From positions 8,887 to 72,886 of the forward strand of contig JBDRPF010000037.1 of the NCBI GenBank assembly GCA_043827325.1: a DNA stretch of 64,000 nucleotides, read 5' to 3'. This DNA comes from Pseudomonadota bacterium (GTDB lineage: Bacteria; Desulfobacterota; Desulfobacteria; Desulfobacterales; UBA11574). Below, piece by piece: positions 18,301 through 27,618 of the stretch (position 1 is the first letter of the stretch; every line of letters begins with the position of its first letter). The notes below the pieces were generated by a model, which did no database searches, was not told where the DNA came from, and worked only from the letters and a program-made list of their open reading frames with translations. The translations under genes were made by a program, and so were the position numbers.

Positions 18301-18330
18301 TGTCGAGTTTTTTTACAGAATGTAAAAAGG
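18301..18330. promoter_or_regulatory. putative bEBP enhancer (UAS) copy 4: TGTCGAGTTTTTTTACAgaaTGTAAAAAGG
   Basis: Perfect 7-3-7 palindrome. Confidence 0.65.
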
Positions 18331-18371
18331 GGCGGGGGCTAGTGTCGTGTCCCGAAAATAACTTGAATAAT

Positions 18372-18593
18372 TCAACGATCTCGGTACTCCTTTTTCCGGT
18401 ATTCAATAGCCAGCCTTCGCTTTTTTCGCAACCGCTGCTGGATCGTGAAACTCTTGTGCCGGCGCCTGGTTATTTTAAACATGCTTATGTTTTCAATTTT
18501 ATTTCTAAGCTCCAATAACGCACGTTCGACATCGTTGTTCCGCACCAGAACAGACGGGTAGTCGTTATATGTTTCGATCATTGCCTTTGGCAT
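18372..18593 (-). CDS. divergent ribosomal protein S21-like protein
   Basis: MPKAMIETYNDYPSVLVRNNDVERALLELRNKIE...RRRHKSF...RLRKKRRLAIEYRKKEY follows the S21 pattern (VxVRxN..ExALrrfk...RRRxxyxkp..kRkrKk) with an extra N-terminal segment of about 12 aa. The ATG at 18593 has GGAGG 8 nt upstream. Confidence 0.5.
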   Translation of the reverse strand: MPKAMIETYNDYPSVLVRNNDVERALLELRNKIENISMFKITRRRHKSFTIQQRLRKKRRLAIEYRKKEYRDR

Positions 18594-18711
18594 AAAGATC
18601 ACCTCCTGTTGTCAAGGATCGGCTTGCTCCCCGGCGGCAATATCATATTTAAACAACGCGATGACACTATCTCGTTGAAAGATCTTTTTCAATTTTATCC
18701 ATATGGTATTT

Positions 18712-18726
18712 GCAAAAACCAGGCCA
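18712..18726 (-). promoter_or_regulatory. candidate sigma54-type promoter (TGGCCT-GGTTT-TTGC) upstream of the S21-like gene
   Basis: GG-N10-GC spacing is correct but the -24 box is non-consensus. It lies 170 bp from the centre of UAS copy 5. Confidence 0.3.
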
Positions 18727-18876
18727 TGACGGCAATCTGACGGCCATATGATTTCAAAGGCACTTAAGCCCGAATATTTTCAGTGTGGTGGTATATACAT
18801 TCCTTAAAAGAGCCCCCCGACACCCGAGGGACTTAACGCATGAACCGATATATTTTCTATGAATTGATTTCCGACG

Positions 18877-18903
18877 TGTCAGAATTTTTTACAAGGTGTT
18901 AAA
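18877..18903. promoter_or_regulatory. putative bEBP enhancer (UAS) copy 5: TGTCAGAATTTTTTACAaggTGTTAAA
   Basis: One mismatch in the right half-site. Confidence 0.6.
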
Positions 18904-18998
18904 CAGTCCGAAAGGGTTGAAGAAAATTCTCGATCGTAAAGAAAACAAGTCCCCCGAACCGTCCCGATCAATTCCATTTTTGAAGATATCTCGTCATT

Positions 18999-19013
18999 TG
19001 GCACGCCTCTTGC
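18999..19013 (+). promoter_or_regulatory. sigma54 -24/-12 promoter (TGGCAC-GCCTC-TTGC)
   Basis: Perfect consensus, 105 bp downstream of the centre of UAS copy 5. Confidence 0.7.
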
Positions 19014-19151
19014 TGTTAAAATATCAGCTTACGGCATTTACGCCGGCACCGGCAAAGCCAGTAAAACCAAACAAAGACAAATGCGAATTCGGTGAGCGGT
19101 CGGGGATTTTTGCGGCTCAACCGCTCCAGACGCAAACAGGAGGAGGACATT

Positions 19152-19445
19152 ATGGCGGTTAAGGTTATCAGTAAACGGACATTCCAAATGGATGACAAAA
19201 AGAAACTCATCTCGCTGCTTGCGGAATTGCGTTCCCTTTCAAAAGGACAACCCGGCCACATTTCCCGCGAAACATTAAGAAGCCTTGACAATCCGGGAGA
19301 GTACATCGTTATCAGCGAATGGAAAACATCCGAAGACTGGAAAATTTGGTTGAAAAACCAAAAAAGGAGAGAGATCCAGGGAAAGATAGATTCCCTGATC
19401 GGAGAAAAAACCTTTTACGAAATTTTTGAGCCCGAGATCTTTTAA
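19152..19445 (+). CDS. ABM (antibiotic biosynthesis monooxygenase-like) domain protein
   Basis: Start at the ATG at 19152 (MAVKVISK), which has AGGAGG upstream. The EYIVISEWKTSEDWKIWLKN motif is typical of ABM/dimeric alpha-beta barrel proteins. Confidence 0.65.
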   Translation: MAVKVISKRTFQMDDKKKLISLLAELRSLSKGQPGHISRETLRSLDNPGEYIVISEWKTSEDWKIWLKNQKRREIQGKIDSLIGEKTFYEIFEPEIF

Positions 19446-19452
19446 CGAAAAA

Positions 19453-19477
19453 ACACGTCCCCGCACAGGGGCTGTGT
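19453..19477 (+). terminator. imperfect hairpin after the ABM gene
   Basis: ACACGTCCCC-gcaca-GGGGCTGTGT followed by a T-rich stretch. Confidence 0.35.
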
Positions 19478-19714
19478 TGTATATTAGATTGGTAATTTAA
19501 CATACCAACTTCGATTAACCGTCCCGTCATTCCCGCCCCGCATCAAGTGCGGGATAAACTGCGGCGGGGCACGTAGTGAAGCATTAGCGCTATCCAGTAT
19601 TTACATAGGTTTCCTGGATTCCGGCTATCCGCTTCGCTTCGGCCGGAATGACGTTTCTATGATGGTTTCGGAACCGGACGGTATCGGCGAGACACCTTCC
19701 TCTTGAGATTGGAT

Positions 19715-21256
19715 TCAGGCTTTGCGCACCCGTTGTTTCAAGCCCTTGAGAAAGGTCTGCAGCACCTTGATCCGGGCGTACTCCTTGGAGTTCGCCTCCA
19801 CCAGCGTCCACGGAGCATATTCGGTGCTGGTGCGTTCGACCATCTCGTTGACGGCCTGTTCGTAGAGGTCCCAATTTTTCCGGTTCCGCCAATCCTCGTC
19901 GGTGATCTTAAAGAGCTTCCAGGGAGTCTTCTTCCGCTCCTCAAAGCGCCGAAGCTGTTCATCGGGACTGATATGGAAGAAGAACTTTTTCAGCACGTAA
20001 CCGTGTTCGACAAGCTGTTCTTCAAAATCATTGATCTCGGCGTAAGCCCGGCTCCACTCATCCTCCCGGGCAAATCCTTCCACCCGCTCCACCATCACCC
20101 GGCCATACCAGCTCCGGTCAAAAACCGTGATGTGGCCCCGGTCGGGAAGATGGCGCCAGAACCGCCAGAGGTAATGGCGCGACCGCTCCTCATCCGTGGG
20201 GGCCGCGATGGGGACGACGCGGTAGTCCCGGGAGTCCAGGGCCCCGGTGATACGGCGGACGGCGCCCCCCTTTCCTCCCGCATCCCATCCTTCAAAGACC
20301 AGGATGGTGGCGACGCCTTTTTTCTTGGCTTTCCGGTACATCCTGTTGAGTTTCCCCTGCAGGATGTTCAGGTTCTCTTTGTACGCCTTTGGCTCGAGGG
20401 TGCGCGAAAAATCCAGCTTGTCCAGAATGGTGATATATTTTTCACCCAGCCGGGTGTTTTGGTCTTTTCGGATTGATTTTTTTCCGCCCGTATCTTTGGT
20501 GTCGCCCTTCTCTTTCTGAGATGCCGGGGCAATTTTCGATGCCTCCCACGCCTTCAGGCGTTTTTCGATCTGTTCGGCAAGCAGGTTGCCCACGGTGAGG
20601 CACTGATGCCGGCGGTCTGCGGCCTCCACGATTGTCCAGGGGGCCTCTCCCGTGCTGGTGATTCGTATGGCCTTTTCGTCGATCCTGCGGAACAGATCGT
20701 ACATCTTCAGGTGCTTCAAGTCCAACTTGGAAACCCGCCAGCTGTTCCGGGGGTCCTTTTTCAGTTTTTTGAGACTCTTTTTTTGGTCTTTTTTGCTGAG
20801 GTGGAACCAGAATTTGAAGAGCAGCAGCCCGTCGTCCACCAGGGCCTTTTCCAGGTTCCTGATGTGCTGGAGCGCCACGTCGAACTCCTGGTCCGTGCTT
20901 TCTTCGTATGCGCGCTGGAGAATGGGGCGGGAGTACCAGGAACCGAAAAAAATGCCGATCCGCCCATCGGGGGGAAGGGCCCGCCAGAACCGCCAGGCGT
21001 GGGGGCGCTCGCTTTCCTCCTGGGTGGGAGGACCGAATCCGTAAGTCAGCAGAAAGCGGGGGTCCATCCACTCGTGGAGGACGTTGACCACTTCTCCTTT
21101 CCCTGCCCCGTCCGCACCATTGATCAGGATCAGCACGGAAAACGGAGACTCCTTCAACCGCTCCTGAAGATGGAGCAGTTTCACGCGCAATTCGGGGACC
21201 TTTTGTTTATATTCCTCTTTTGTGACACGCAAACCCAATTCAGCAGCTTCGAACAT
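19715..21256 (-). CDS. two-domain polyphosphate kinase 2 family protein (polyphosphate:AMP/NMP phosphotransferase-type)
   Basis: Two PPK2 repeats with Walker-A-like motifs (INGADGAGKGE and FEGWDAGGKGG). Start trimmed to the ATG at 21256 (MFEAAELG), which has AAGGAG upstream. Confidence 0.8.
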   Translation of the reverse strand: MFEAAELGLRVTKEEYKQKVPELRVKLLHLQERLKESPFSVLILINGADGAGKGEVVNVLHEWMDPRFLLTYGFGPPTQEESERPHAWRFWRALPPDGRIGIFFGSWYSRPILQRAYEESTDQEFDVALQHIRNLEKALVDDGLLLFKFWFHLSKKDQKKSLKKLKKDPRNSWRVSKLDLKHLKMYDLFRRIDEKAIRITSTGEAPWTIVEAADRRHQCLTVGNLLAEQIEKRLKAWEASKIAPASQKEKGDTKDTGGKKSIRKDQNTRLGEKYITILDKLDFSRTLEPKAYKENLNILQGKLNRMYRKAKKKGVATILVFEGWDAGGKGGAVRRITGALDSRDYRVVPIAAPTDEERSRHYLWRFWRHLPDRGHITVFDRSWYGRVMVERVEGFAREDEWSRAYAEINDFEEQLVEHGYVLKKFFFHISPDEQLRRFEERKKTPWKLFKITDEDWRNRKNWDLYEQAVNEMVERTSTEYAPWTLVEANSKEYARIKVLQTFLKGLKQRVRKA

Positions 21257-21290
21257 AACATGTCTCCTTTTATTTAGTCCAACATAGAAA

Positions 21291-21320
21291 CCCTGGCCCT
21301 CTGGGCCCGAATTCTTTACT
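21291..21320 (-). repeat. copy of the TAAAGAATYCGGG-hairpin element (GTAAAGAATTCGGGCCCAGAGGGCCAGGGTTTC on the minus strand)
   Basis: It aligns with 2014..2050 and 47346..47375 and lies between the ACS stop and the PPK2 start. Confidence 0.55.
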
Positions 21321-21341
21321 TCTTCCCGCAGCCGCACGATA

Positions 21342-23474
21342 TTAATGGTCTCGCCTGCTGAGCATCGCACGGCTGTCGGCGACGACGCACCCTTTTCCTT
21401 CGGCATAGACGATCAGAGGGTTGATGTCGAGTTCGTTGATTTCCGGATGGTCTGTGACCATTTGAGAGAGCCGCAGAATGCAATCTTTTATCGCTTCGAT
21501 ATCCGAAGGCGGGATTCCCCGAATACCCTGAAGGACCCGATAGGCTTTGATGGACCGGATCATGTTTTCGGCGCTGATCTCTTCCATGGGTGCCAGCCTG
21601 AACGTGACGTCCTTCATGGCCTCCACAAAAATACCCCCGAGGCCGAACATGCACATGGGGCCAAAACGGGGATCTCTCGTTGCACCCAGGATGACCTCGA
21701 CACCGCCCTGTGCCATTTGTTCAACCAGAACGCCGTCGATACGGGCATTCGGGTTATATTTCATGGCGTTTTCAATGATATCTTCGTAGGCTTTCCGGGC
21801 CTCTGCCGCGGAATGTATTTTAAGGCGGACACCGCCGGCATCGGTTTTGTGGACAATATCCCGGGAGTCGATTTTCATGGCGACGGGAAGGCCGACCGCT
21901 TCAACCGCCGCGTCAATTTCCGAGGGGTCTCCGATGGCCGTGCTTTTTAGCAGTGGAAAGCCGTAACATTCCAGTATTTTTGCCGAATCTTTTTCAGGGA
22001 GATAACAACTCTCCCGATCCCCAAGGTATCCGGAAATCAATGCCGTCGCCTTTTCGCGATCCGCGGTGACATGTATGATCTTTCGTTTGATGCTTTTGCT
22101 CAGGTCCCTGCGCTGACTGTGCCGCACCATCGAGGCCATGGCCCTGGCCGCCGCCTCCGGGAAAAAGTAGTTCGGGACGCCGTGCTGTTCCAGATGTCTG
22201 ACGCCTTCTGAAATGTCAACCAGGCCCATAAACGAAGACAGTATCGGTTTTGACGTGTCTTTTGCTACATGGGTGATGATTTTTGCGGTTTCCAGAATGT
22301 CGGTCATTGCCTGTGGCGTGAGGATAATAATGGCGCTGTCAACCCCCTCGTCATCCAGAATGGCCCGTATGGCGGATTCGTACCTTTCATGGGTGGCGTC
22401 TCCGATCACGTCGACAGGGTTGCGAATGCTTGCGGTGGGCGGGAGATGCTCCCGGAGCCTGTTATTGGTCTCCTCTGTGAAAACGGAAAGGGTAAGGCCA
22501 TGACGAATCGCGGCATCCGTGGCCATGATGCCGGGACCTCCGGCATTGGTAATGATGGCGATTCGGTTTCCTTTCGGGAGGGGTTGGAGTGAAAACGCCT
22601 GTGTATAGTGAAACAGCTCGTTCACGCTCTCCACCCGCTGAATTCCGCCCTGGAGAAAAATCGCGTCGTAGGTGGCGTCGGAACCCGCCAGGGACCCGGT
22701 ATGGGATGCCGCGGCCTTTGCGCCTTCTTCCGATCGTCCGGATTTGACGGCAAGAATCGGTTTTCCCGCCTGTATGGTGATTTCTCTGGCAACATCGATA
22801 AACCGGTGCCCGTCTGAAATGTCTTCCAGATACATCAGGATGACCTGGGTGTCCGGATCGTCCTTGAGAAAGCGCAAAAAATCTATCTCATCGATATCCC
22901 CCTTATTTCCGAAGCTCACGAATTTGGAAAAACCGATGTTGCGCCCTGCCGCGGAATCGAGGACGGCGGTGCACAATGCACCCGATTGCGATATAAAAGC
23001 GATGTTTCCGGCTTTTGGCTGCCGTCTGGAAAAGCTGGCGTTCATGCAGACGTCCGGGTGGGTGTTGATGATTCCAAGGCAGTTGGGCCCCATCATGCGG
23101 ATGCCGTGAGATCTTATGAATGCTACCAGTTCGTTCTCCAGCCGGATGCCGTGTCCTCCGATTTCTTTAAACCCCGCGGTGATGACGATTATTCCTTTAA
23201 TTCCTTTTTGCGCGGCTTCTTCAGCGACGCCGAGCACTCTTTCGGCAGGCACAATCACGACGGCCAGATCGACCTCGTCGGGAATGTCTTCCAGTTTCGG
23301 ATAGGCTTTCACGCCCAGTATGGACCTGGATTTCGGGTTTACCGGATATAAAACGCCCTTGTACCCGGCGTACAGCAGGTTTTTAAACACCGCAAGCCCG
23401 ACACTCCCGGAACGGTTGCTGGCGCCGACAACCGCGATGGATTTCGGATTGATGATATACTCCAGATTGTTCAT
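21342..23474 (-). CDS. ADP-forming acetyl-CoA synthetase / acyl-CoA synthetase (NDP-forming), fused alpha-beta
   Basis: CoA-binding N-terminus (PKSIAVVGASNRSGSVG), a succinyl-CoA-synthetase-like phosphohistidine region (SHTGSLAGS) and a C-terminal ATP-grasp. The start was chosen at the ATG at 23474, which has GGGGGAAG upstream; an alternative start is 23528. Confidence 0.8.
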   Translation of the reverse strand: MNNLEYIINPKSIAVVGASNRSGSVGLAVFKNLLYAGYKGVLYPVNPKSRSILGVKAYPKLEDIPDEVDLAVVIVPAERVLGVAEEAAQKGIKGIIVITAGFKEIGGHGIRLENELVAFIRSHGIRMMGPNCLGIINTHPDVCMNASFSRRQPKAGNIAFISQSGALCTAVLDSAAGRNIGFSKFVSFGNKGDIDEIDFLRFLKDDPDTQVILMYLEDISDGHRFIDVAREITIQAGKPILAVKSGRSEEGAKAAASHTGSLAGSDATYDAIFLQGGIQRVESVNELFHYTQAFSLQPLPKGNRIAIITNAGGPGIMATDAAIRHGLTLSVFTEETNNRLREHLPPTASIRNPVDVIGDATHERYESAIRAILDDEGVDSAIIILTPQAMTDILETAKIITHVAKDTSKPILSSFMGLVDISEGVRHLEQHGVPNYFFPEAAARAMASMVRHSQRRDLSKSIKRKIIHVTADREKATALISGYLGDRESCYLPEKDSAKILECYGFPLLKSTAIGDPSEIDAAVEAVGLPVAMKIDSRDIVHKTDAGGVRLKIHSAAEARKAYEDIIENAMKYNPNARIDGVLVEQMAQGGVEVILGATRDPRFGPMCMFGLGGIFVEAMKDVTFRLAPMEEISAENMIRSIKAYRVLQGIRGIPPSDIEAIKDCILRLSQMVTDHPEINELDINPLIVYAEGKGCVVADSRAMLSRRDH

Positions 23475-23583
23475 GTTCTCTTCCCCCTTGGCCGGTTCTT
23501 TCCGGTAATCATGCAAAAGTTGCGCCATGATGAGAGATCGAATTTTCAGCGTCACCCAAAAATCCGAATTTTTATTCCGTGAT

Positions 23584-24483
23584 CTATAAAAAGATTCCCG
23601 AGATGTATTTACCTGCCACGAACATCACGCAGGCACACAGCATGCCTTTGATGAAACGCTGGGGAACGTATTTCTGAGTTCGTGCGCCGAGATACATGCC
23701 CAAAAACCCGCCGACCCCGAACAGGGCGCCTAAACGCCAGTCCGGGGCAACCGAAACCGTCGGATAGAAATTGGCCAATGCGTGATAAAAGACAACGCCG
23801 GCCACGGAAGTGATAAACGTCCCCATCAGGGCGGCACCGGCAACGGCATAGACCGGCAGGCCAATGACCGCCACGAAAAAGGGAGCGACAATAGCGCCGC
23901 CGCCGATCCCGTAAATTCCCCCCGCAATTCCCACCGCAAAGCAGAGACCGTAAACAACCGGTGGTGAAAACGTGTACGTCTCGTTGTCAAATTCAAAAGC
24001 AACCTTTCGCCGTGTGGACACTGTGACGCGAACCTGCCGGGGTGAAACCGACCGGGTGAGGGGGATTTTATCTTTTTCGCTTTTCCTTCCCTTGTACACG
24101 TCGATTAAAAGCCGCCAGCCGATGTACAGAAGGACGCATCCGGCGAAAAATTTAAAATGCACGGGGTCCGGCAAATATTCAATTCGAACCCATGCGCCGA
24201 TAAATACCCCGGGCAGGGTTCCGACGATGACCGCAAGGGTCAACGGCCACAGCATCCGGCCTTCCCGGATATATCGATAGACCCCGGAAGGGATTGCGAC
24301 GATATTAAAGACCTGATTGGTTGCGCTTACGGACGGTGCGGTATACCCCAGGACGCTCATCTGAAAAGGCAGCAGCAGAAACGCACCGCTTACGCCGCCC
24401 ATGGATGTAAAGAACGACACCGAAAAAGCCGCGAAGAACGGAAGAAGAGGGTTTACCTCAACACCGGAAGTTGGAAAAAGCAT
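23584..24483 (-). CDS. TauE/SafE (DUF81) family anion permease
   Basis: 299-aa polytopic membrane protein with repeated GxGGG motifs (GIGGGAIVAPF). Confidence 0.75.
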   Translation of the reverse strand: MLFPTSGVEVNPLLPFFAAFSVSFFTSMGGVSGAFLLLPFQMSVLGYTAPSVSATNQVFNIVAIPSGVYRYIREGRMLWPLTLAVIVGTLPGVFIGAWVRIEYLPDPVHFKFFAGCVLLYIGWRLLIDVYKGRKSEKDKIPLTRSVSPRQVRVTVSTRRKVAFEFDNETYTFSPPVVYGLCFAVGIAGGIYGIGGGAIVAPFFVAVIGLPVYAVAGAALMGTFITSVAGVVFYHALANFYPTVSVAPDWRLGALFGVGGFLGMYLGARTQKYVPQRFIKGMLCACVMFVAGKYISGIFL

Positions 24484-24565
24484 GCGCTGATTACCTTCTT
24501 ACGAAATGTTTTCAGGGAAAAGGATTGAATCTGAATATGTTTATGTAAATCGCTGCTAAACGAAA

Positions 24566-26002
24566 TTAAAACGGATCCTTTTTTACGGAAGTCTCGAGTT
24601 TCAGCTGGTATTTTTCGATTTTGGAGTGCAGCGTCGGCCTGGAAAGCCCGAGGAGTTTTGCCGTCTTTGAGCGGTTGCCGCCGGAGAGGTTCAGCGCCTC
24701 GCTGATAACGATGCTGGCAAAGTGATCCATGCATGAATCAAATATATTGCGTCCGGTTCTGGAGGAAAGTTCCCGTCGAATAAACTGCCTGAGTGTCAGA
24801 TCTTTGCTGTCTGCACCGGCATCATCAGCGGGACTTTTTTCCCGGATGGCCTGATCAATGTCTTCGGGGGAAAGCGGGGCGCCGCGGTTGAATATCAGGG
24901 ATTTTTGAATGGTATTGGCAAGTTCACGCACATTGCCGGGCCAGGAGTGACCGGAAAGGAGCCTTTTTGCCTCATCGGTAATCCCGGGGTTGTTCACTCC
25001 CGCCTCATTTGTAAACCGGGTGAGAAAGAATTCCGTCAAAAGGGGTATATCGTCGGCCCTTTCGTTGAGAAGGGGAAGGCGGATGGTCACCACCTTGAGG
25101 CGATAATAGAGGTCTTCGCGGAACCGGCCGTCTGCAATGGCCGTTTCCAGGTCCCGGTTGGTGGCGGCAATAACGCGCACGTCCACGGGGATGTTCTGGC
25201 GCCCCCCCAGCCGCTCAATACTTTTTTCCTGAAGCAGCCGCAGCATTTTGGCCTGAAGACCAAAAGGCATATCTCCGATTTCATCAAGCAAGACGGTTCC
25301 TCCGTGAGCCTGTTCGATCTTTCCCACACGACGATGTGTGGCACCGGTGAAGGCCCCTTTTTCATACCCGAACAGCTCGCTTTCCAGGAGGGTTTCGGGA
25401 ATGGCCACACAGTTGATCACCAGAAAAGGCTTGTCGGCCCGAAAGCTGTGCTGATAAATCGCCCGGGCCACCAGTTCTTTTCCCGTTCCGGAGTCTCCCC
25501 TGATGAGCACGGTAGCGTCGGTGGGAGCGACCCGCCCGATGGCTTTGTAGACCTCCTGCATCGGAGCGCTTCGCCCGATGATGGCTTCTCTGGAAGCCTG
25601 ATCCGGAGAAATATTCATATCCACCGGCGAACGCATGAAACGTCCTGCTTCAAGCGCTTTTTTGACCACATCCAGCATAACCGGGATATCAAACGGCTTG
25701 AGGATGTAATCGAACGCACCCATCTTGGTGGCTTCGATGGCTGTTTCGGTCGTTCCGTAAGCGGTCATCATAATTACCGGGAGTTTGGGTTCCATCCGGT
25801 GAATGGCCTTAAAGGTTTCCAGACCGTTCATTCCCGGCAGGCGCATGTCCAGGATAACCAGATCCGGGTTCTCTTTCTGAATGACTATAAGCCCGGCTTC
25901 CCCGGAGGCGGCGCTTTTCGCGGAATATCCCTCCTCGGTCAGAAGCTTATCGAAGCTTTTTCTGAGCTGATCATCGTCGTCTATAATGAGAACGATACTC
26001 AC
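24566..26002 (-). CDS. NtrC-family sigma54-dependent response regulator (REC + AAA+ + Fis-type HTH)
   Basis: 478 aa with GDSGTGKE Walker A, canonical GAFTGA, WPGNVREL and C-terminal KTAKLLGLSRPTLHSKI. GTG start. Confidence 0.9.
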   Translation of the reverse strand: MSIVLIIDDDDQLRKSFDKLLTEEGYSAKSAASGEAGLIVIQKENPDLVILDMRLPGMNGLETFKAIHRMEPKLPVIMMTAYGTTETAIEATKMGAFDYILKPFDIPVMLDVVKKALEAGRFMRSPVDMNISPDQASREAIIGRSAPMQEVYKAIGRVAPTDATVLIRGDSGTGKELVARAIYQHSFRADKPFLVINCVAIPETLLESELFGYEKGAFTGATHRRVGKIEQAHGGTVLLDEIGDMPFGLQAKMLRLLQEKSIERLGGRQNIPVDVRVIAATNRDLETAIADGRFREDLYYRLKVVTIRLPLLNERADDIPLLTEFFLTRFTNEAGVNNPGITDEAKRLLSGHSWPGNVRELANTIQKSLIFNRGAPLSPEDIDQAIREKSPADDAGADSKDLTLRQFIRRELSSRTGRNIFDSCMDHFASIVISEALNLSGGNRSKTAKLLGLSRPTLHSKIEKYQLKLETSVKKDPF

Positions 26003-26006
26003 GGTT

Positions 26007-27548
26007 TTATTCCTCTATCGGAAGCGCAATGATAAACGTCGTTCCCCCGCCTTCCTTTGATTCTACATCCAGTCGGCCGCCGTGTTCTTCAATAATGCGC
26101 AGGGCGATGCTCAGGCCGAGGCCGGTGCCTTCATCTTTGTTGGTAAAAAACGGTTCGAAAACCTTTTCTTTTATGGATTCCGGGATCCCGGGGCCGGTGT
26201 CGATCAATCGAATTACGGCTGTTTTCTTATTGGATGACAGGTAATTTTCTTCTTCGTTGATCACGATCGATCCGCCCAGGCCCATGGCTTCGCATGCGTT
26301 TTCTATGATGTTGACAAAGACCTCCTTTAGCTGCTCGGGATCGATCTGGATTTCCGGAAGCGGTTGTTTCCGGATGATTTTTACGTTTACATCGTAGGAT
26401 TTGAGGCGGTGTTCGAGCAGTTGAATGGTCATGTCAACCACCGCGGACGGACTGATCTTCTGAGTTTTGAGCCGGGGAGGCCGAGAAAACTCCAGAAAAT
26501 TCTGAACAATCGTGTCGGTGTGGCGAATTTCTTCGGAGATGACGTCAAAGTCCTCTTTCTGGTAATCCGTGAGTTCGAGGGACCGTCCCAGGGAAAAAAG
26601 GCGCATCTTCACCGATGTGAGCGGGTTGCGAATACTGTGGGCCATTCCCGCGGCCAGCTTGCCGATCAGAACCATCTTTTCAGCTTGCAGAAGGTGTTCG
26701 CGACTGCGTTCAAGTTCGATATGGGTCTGGCCGGCATCCTGGATCAGGCCGTGCACACCTCGACTGAGTGTCGTGATTAAATCGTCCGATTTCATCCGGT
26801 CATCGCCCGGGCCCATCTCTTTTACCAGCCCGAGCAGCGGGTTCAAAATCTGGGTGATGAGAACGATTATTAAAAGAATACCGAGAAACAGAACGACCGT
26901 AATGGCGCCCATTGATACAATTCTCAGCTTTTTGGCAAGAGCAAGGCTTTTCGTTCGTGCATCCGCGATGCGTTTTGTGTGAATGGCTTTGAATTTTTCA
27001 CAGAGTTCCAAAATTATAAAAAATCGGCTGCGCACCTCTTTGTGAAGTTTGAGGCCGGTCTCCCGTTGGCCTGCTTTATAGTGGTCGATAACACGGTCTT
27101 TGCCGGTGATATAAACCCGGTATTCCTGATCGATCCGGTCGATGGCTTCTTTTTGTTCATCGTTTTCGACCAGGGAACGGATCTCATGGAGCCGCTCTAT
27201 AAAAACCTGGCGGTACCCTCCCAGCTGCCGCAGCCACTCGGGATCGTTGTCTAAAAAATAGTAGGTCACAAACCCTTTTTGATTGACCAGTGCGTGTTCC
27301 AGGGCATCGGCTGCTTGAAAGGCTTCCAGGTTACGGTCAATAATCGAGGACAGCAACGCATCACTCTGGTAGGTGTGCCATATGGTGATAAAACCGCCCA
27401 TGGTCGTGATGAAAACCAGGGCGGCCACAACCAGATAAACGCGATTGCGGAGGCTAAACCGGTACCACATTTCGAAGATCCCGTTTTTGTTCAGATGGCC
27501 CAGCGTTATGCCGGGGGCGCTCTTCTGTGCAGAAGTCATCGGCATCAT
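26007..27548 (-). CDS. membrane sensor histidine kinase (helical periplasmic sensor + HisKA + HATPase)
   Basis: MAHSIRNPL H-box and DTGPGI / GTGLGL. The start is uncertain (ATG at 27548 or 27545, or TTG at 27572). Confidence 0.8.
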   Translation of the reverse strand: MMPMTSAQKSAPGITLGHLNKNGIFEMWYRFSLRNRVYLVVAALVFITTMGGFITIWHTYQSDALLSSIIDRNLEAFQAADALEHALVNQKGFVTYYFLDNDPEWLRQLGGYRQVFIERLHEIRSLVENDEQKEAIDRIDQEYRVYITGKDRVIDHYKAGQRETGLKLHKEVRSRFFIILELCEKFKAIHTKRIADARTKSLALAKKLRIVSMGAITVVLFLGILLIIVLITQILNPLLGLVKEMGPGDDRMKSDDLITTLSRGVHGLIQDAGQTHIELERSREHLLQAEKMVLIGKLAAGMAHSIRNPLTSVKMRLFSLGRSLELTDYQKEDFDVISEEIRHTDTIVQNFLEFSRPPRLKTQKISPSAVVDMTIQLLEHRLKSYDVNVKIIRKQPLPEIQIDPEQLKEVFVNIIENACEAMGLGGSIVINEEENYLSSNKKTAVIRLIDTGPGIPESIKEKVFEPFFTNKDEGTGLGLSIALRIIEEHGGRLDVESKEGGGTTFIIALPIEE

Positions 27549-27618
27549 AATGTCTCGGTGAAAGCGACGCAATGTTTTTTTGTTTTTTGGGTGGTGTTCA
27601 TTGTAGCAACATTTCCCT

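Noticed and set aside
24905-26032. Long antisense ORFs opposite real genes (also 3576..4475, 19703..20476, 36495..37331, 38440..39384, 45471..46691, 10092..10763 and 60125..60811)
   Set aside because: Every one lies fully inside a strongly supported gene on the other strand. Their composition is low-complexity, and they are typical open antisense frames.
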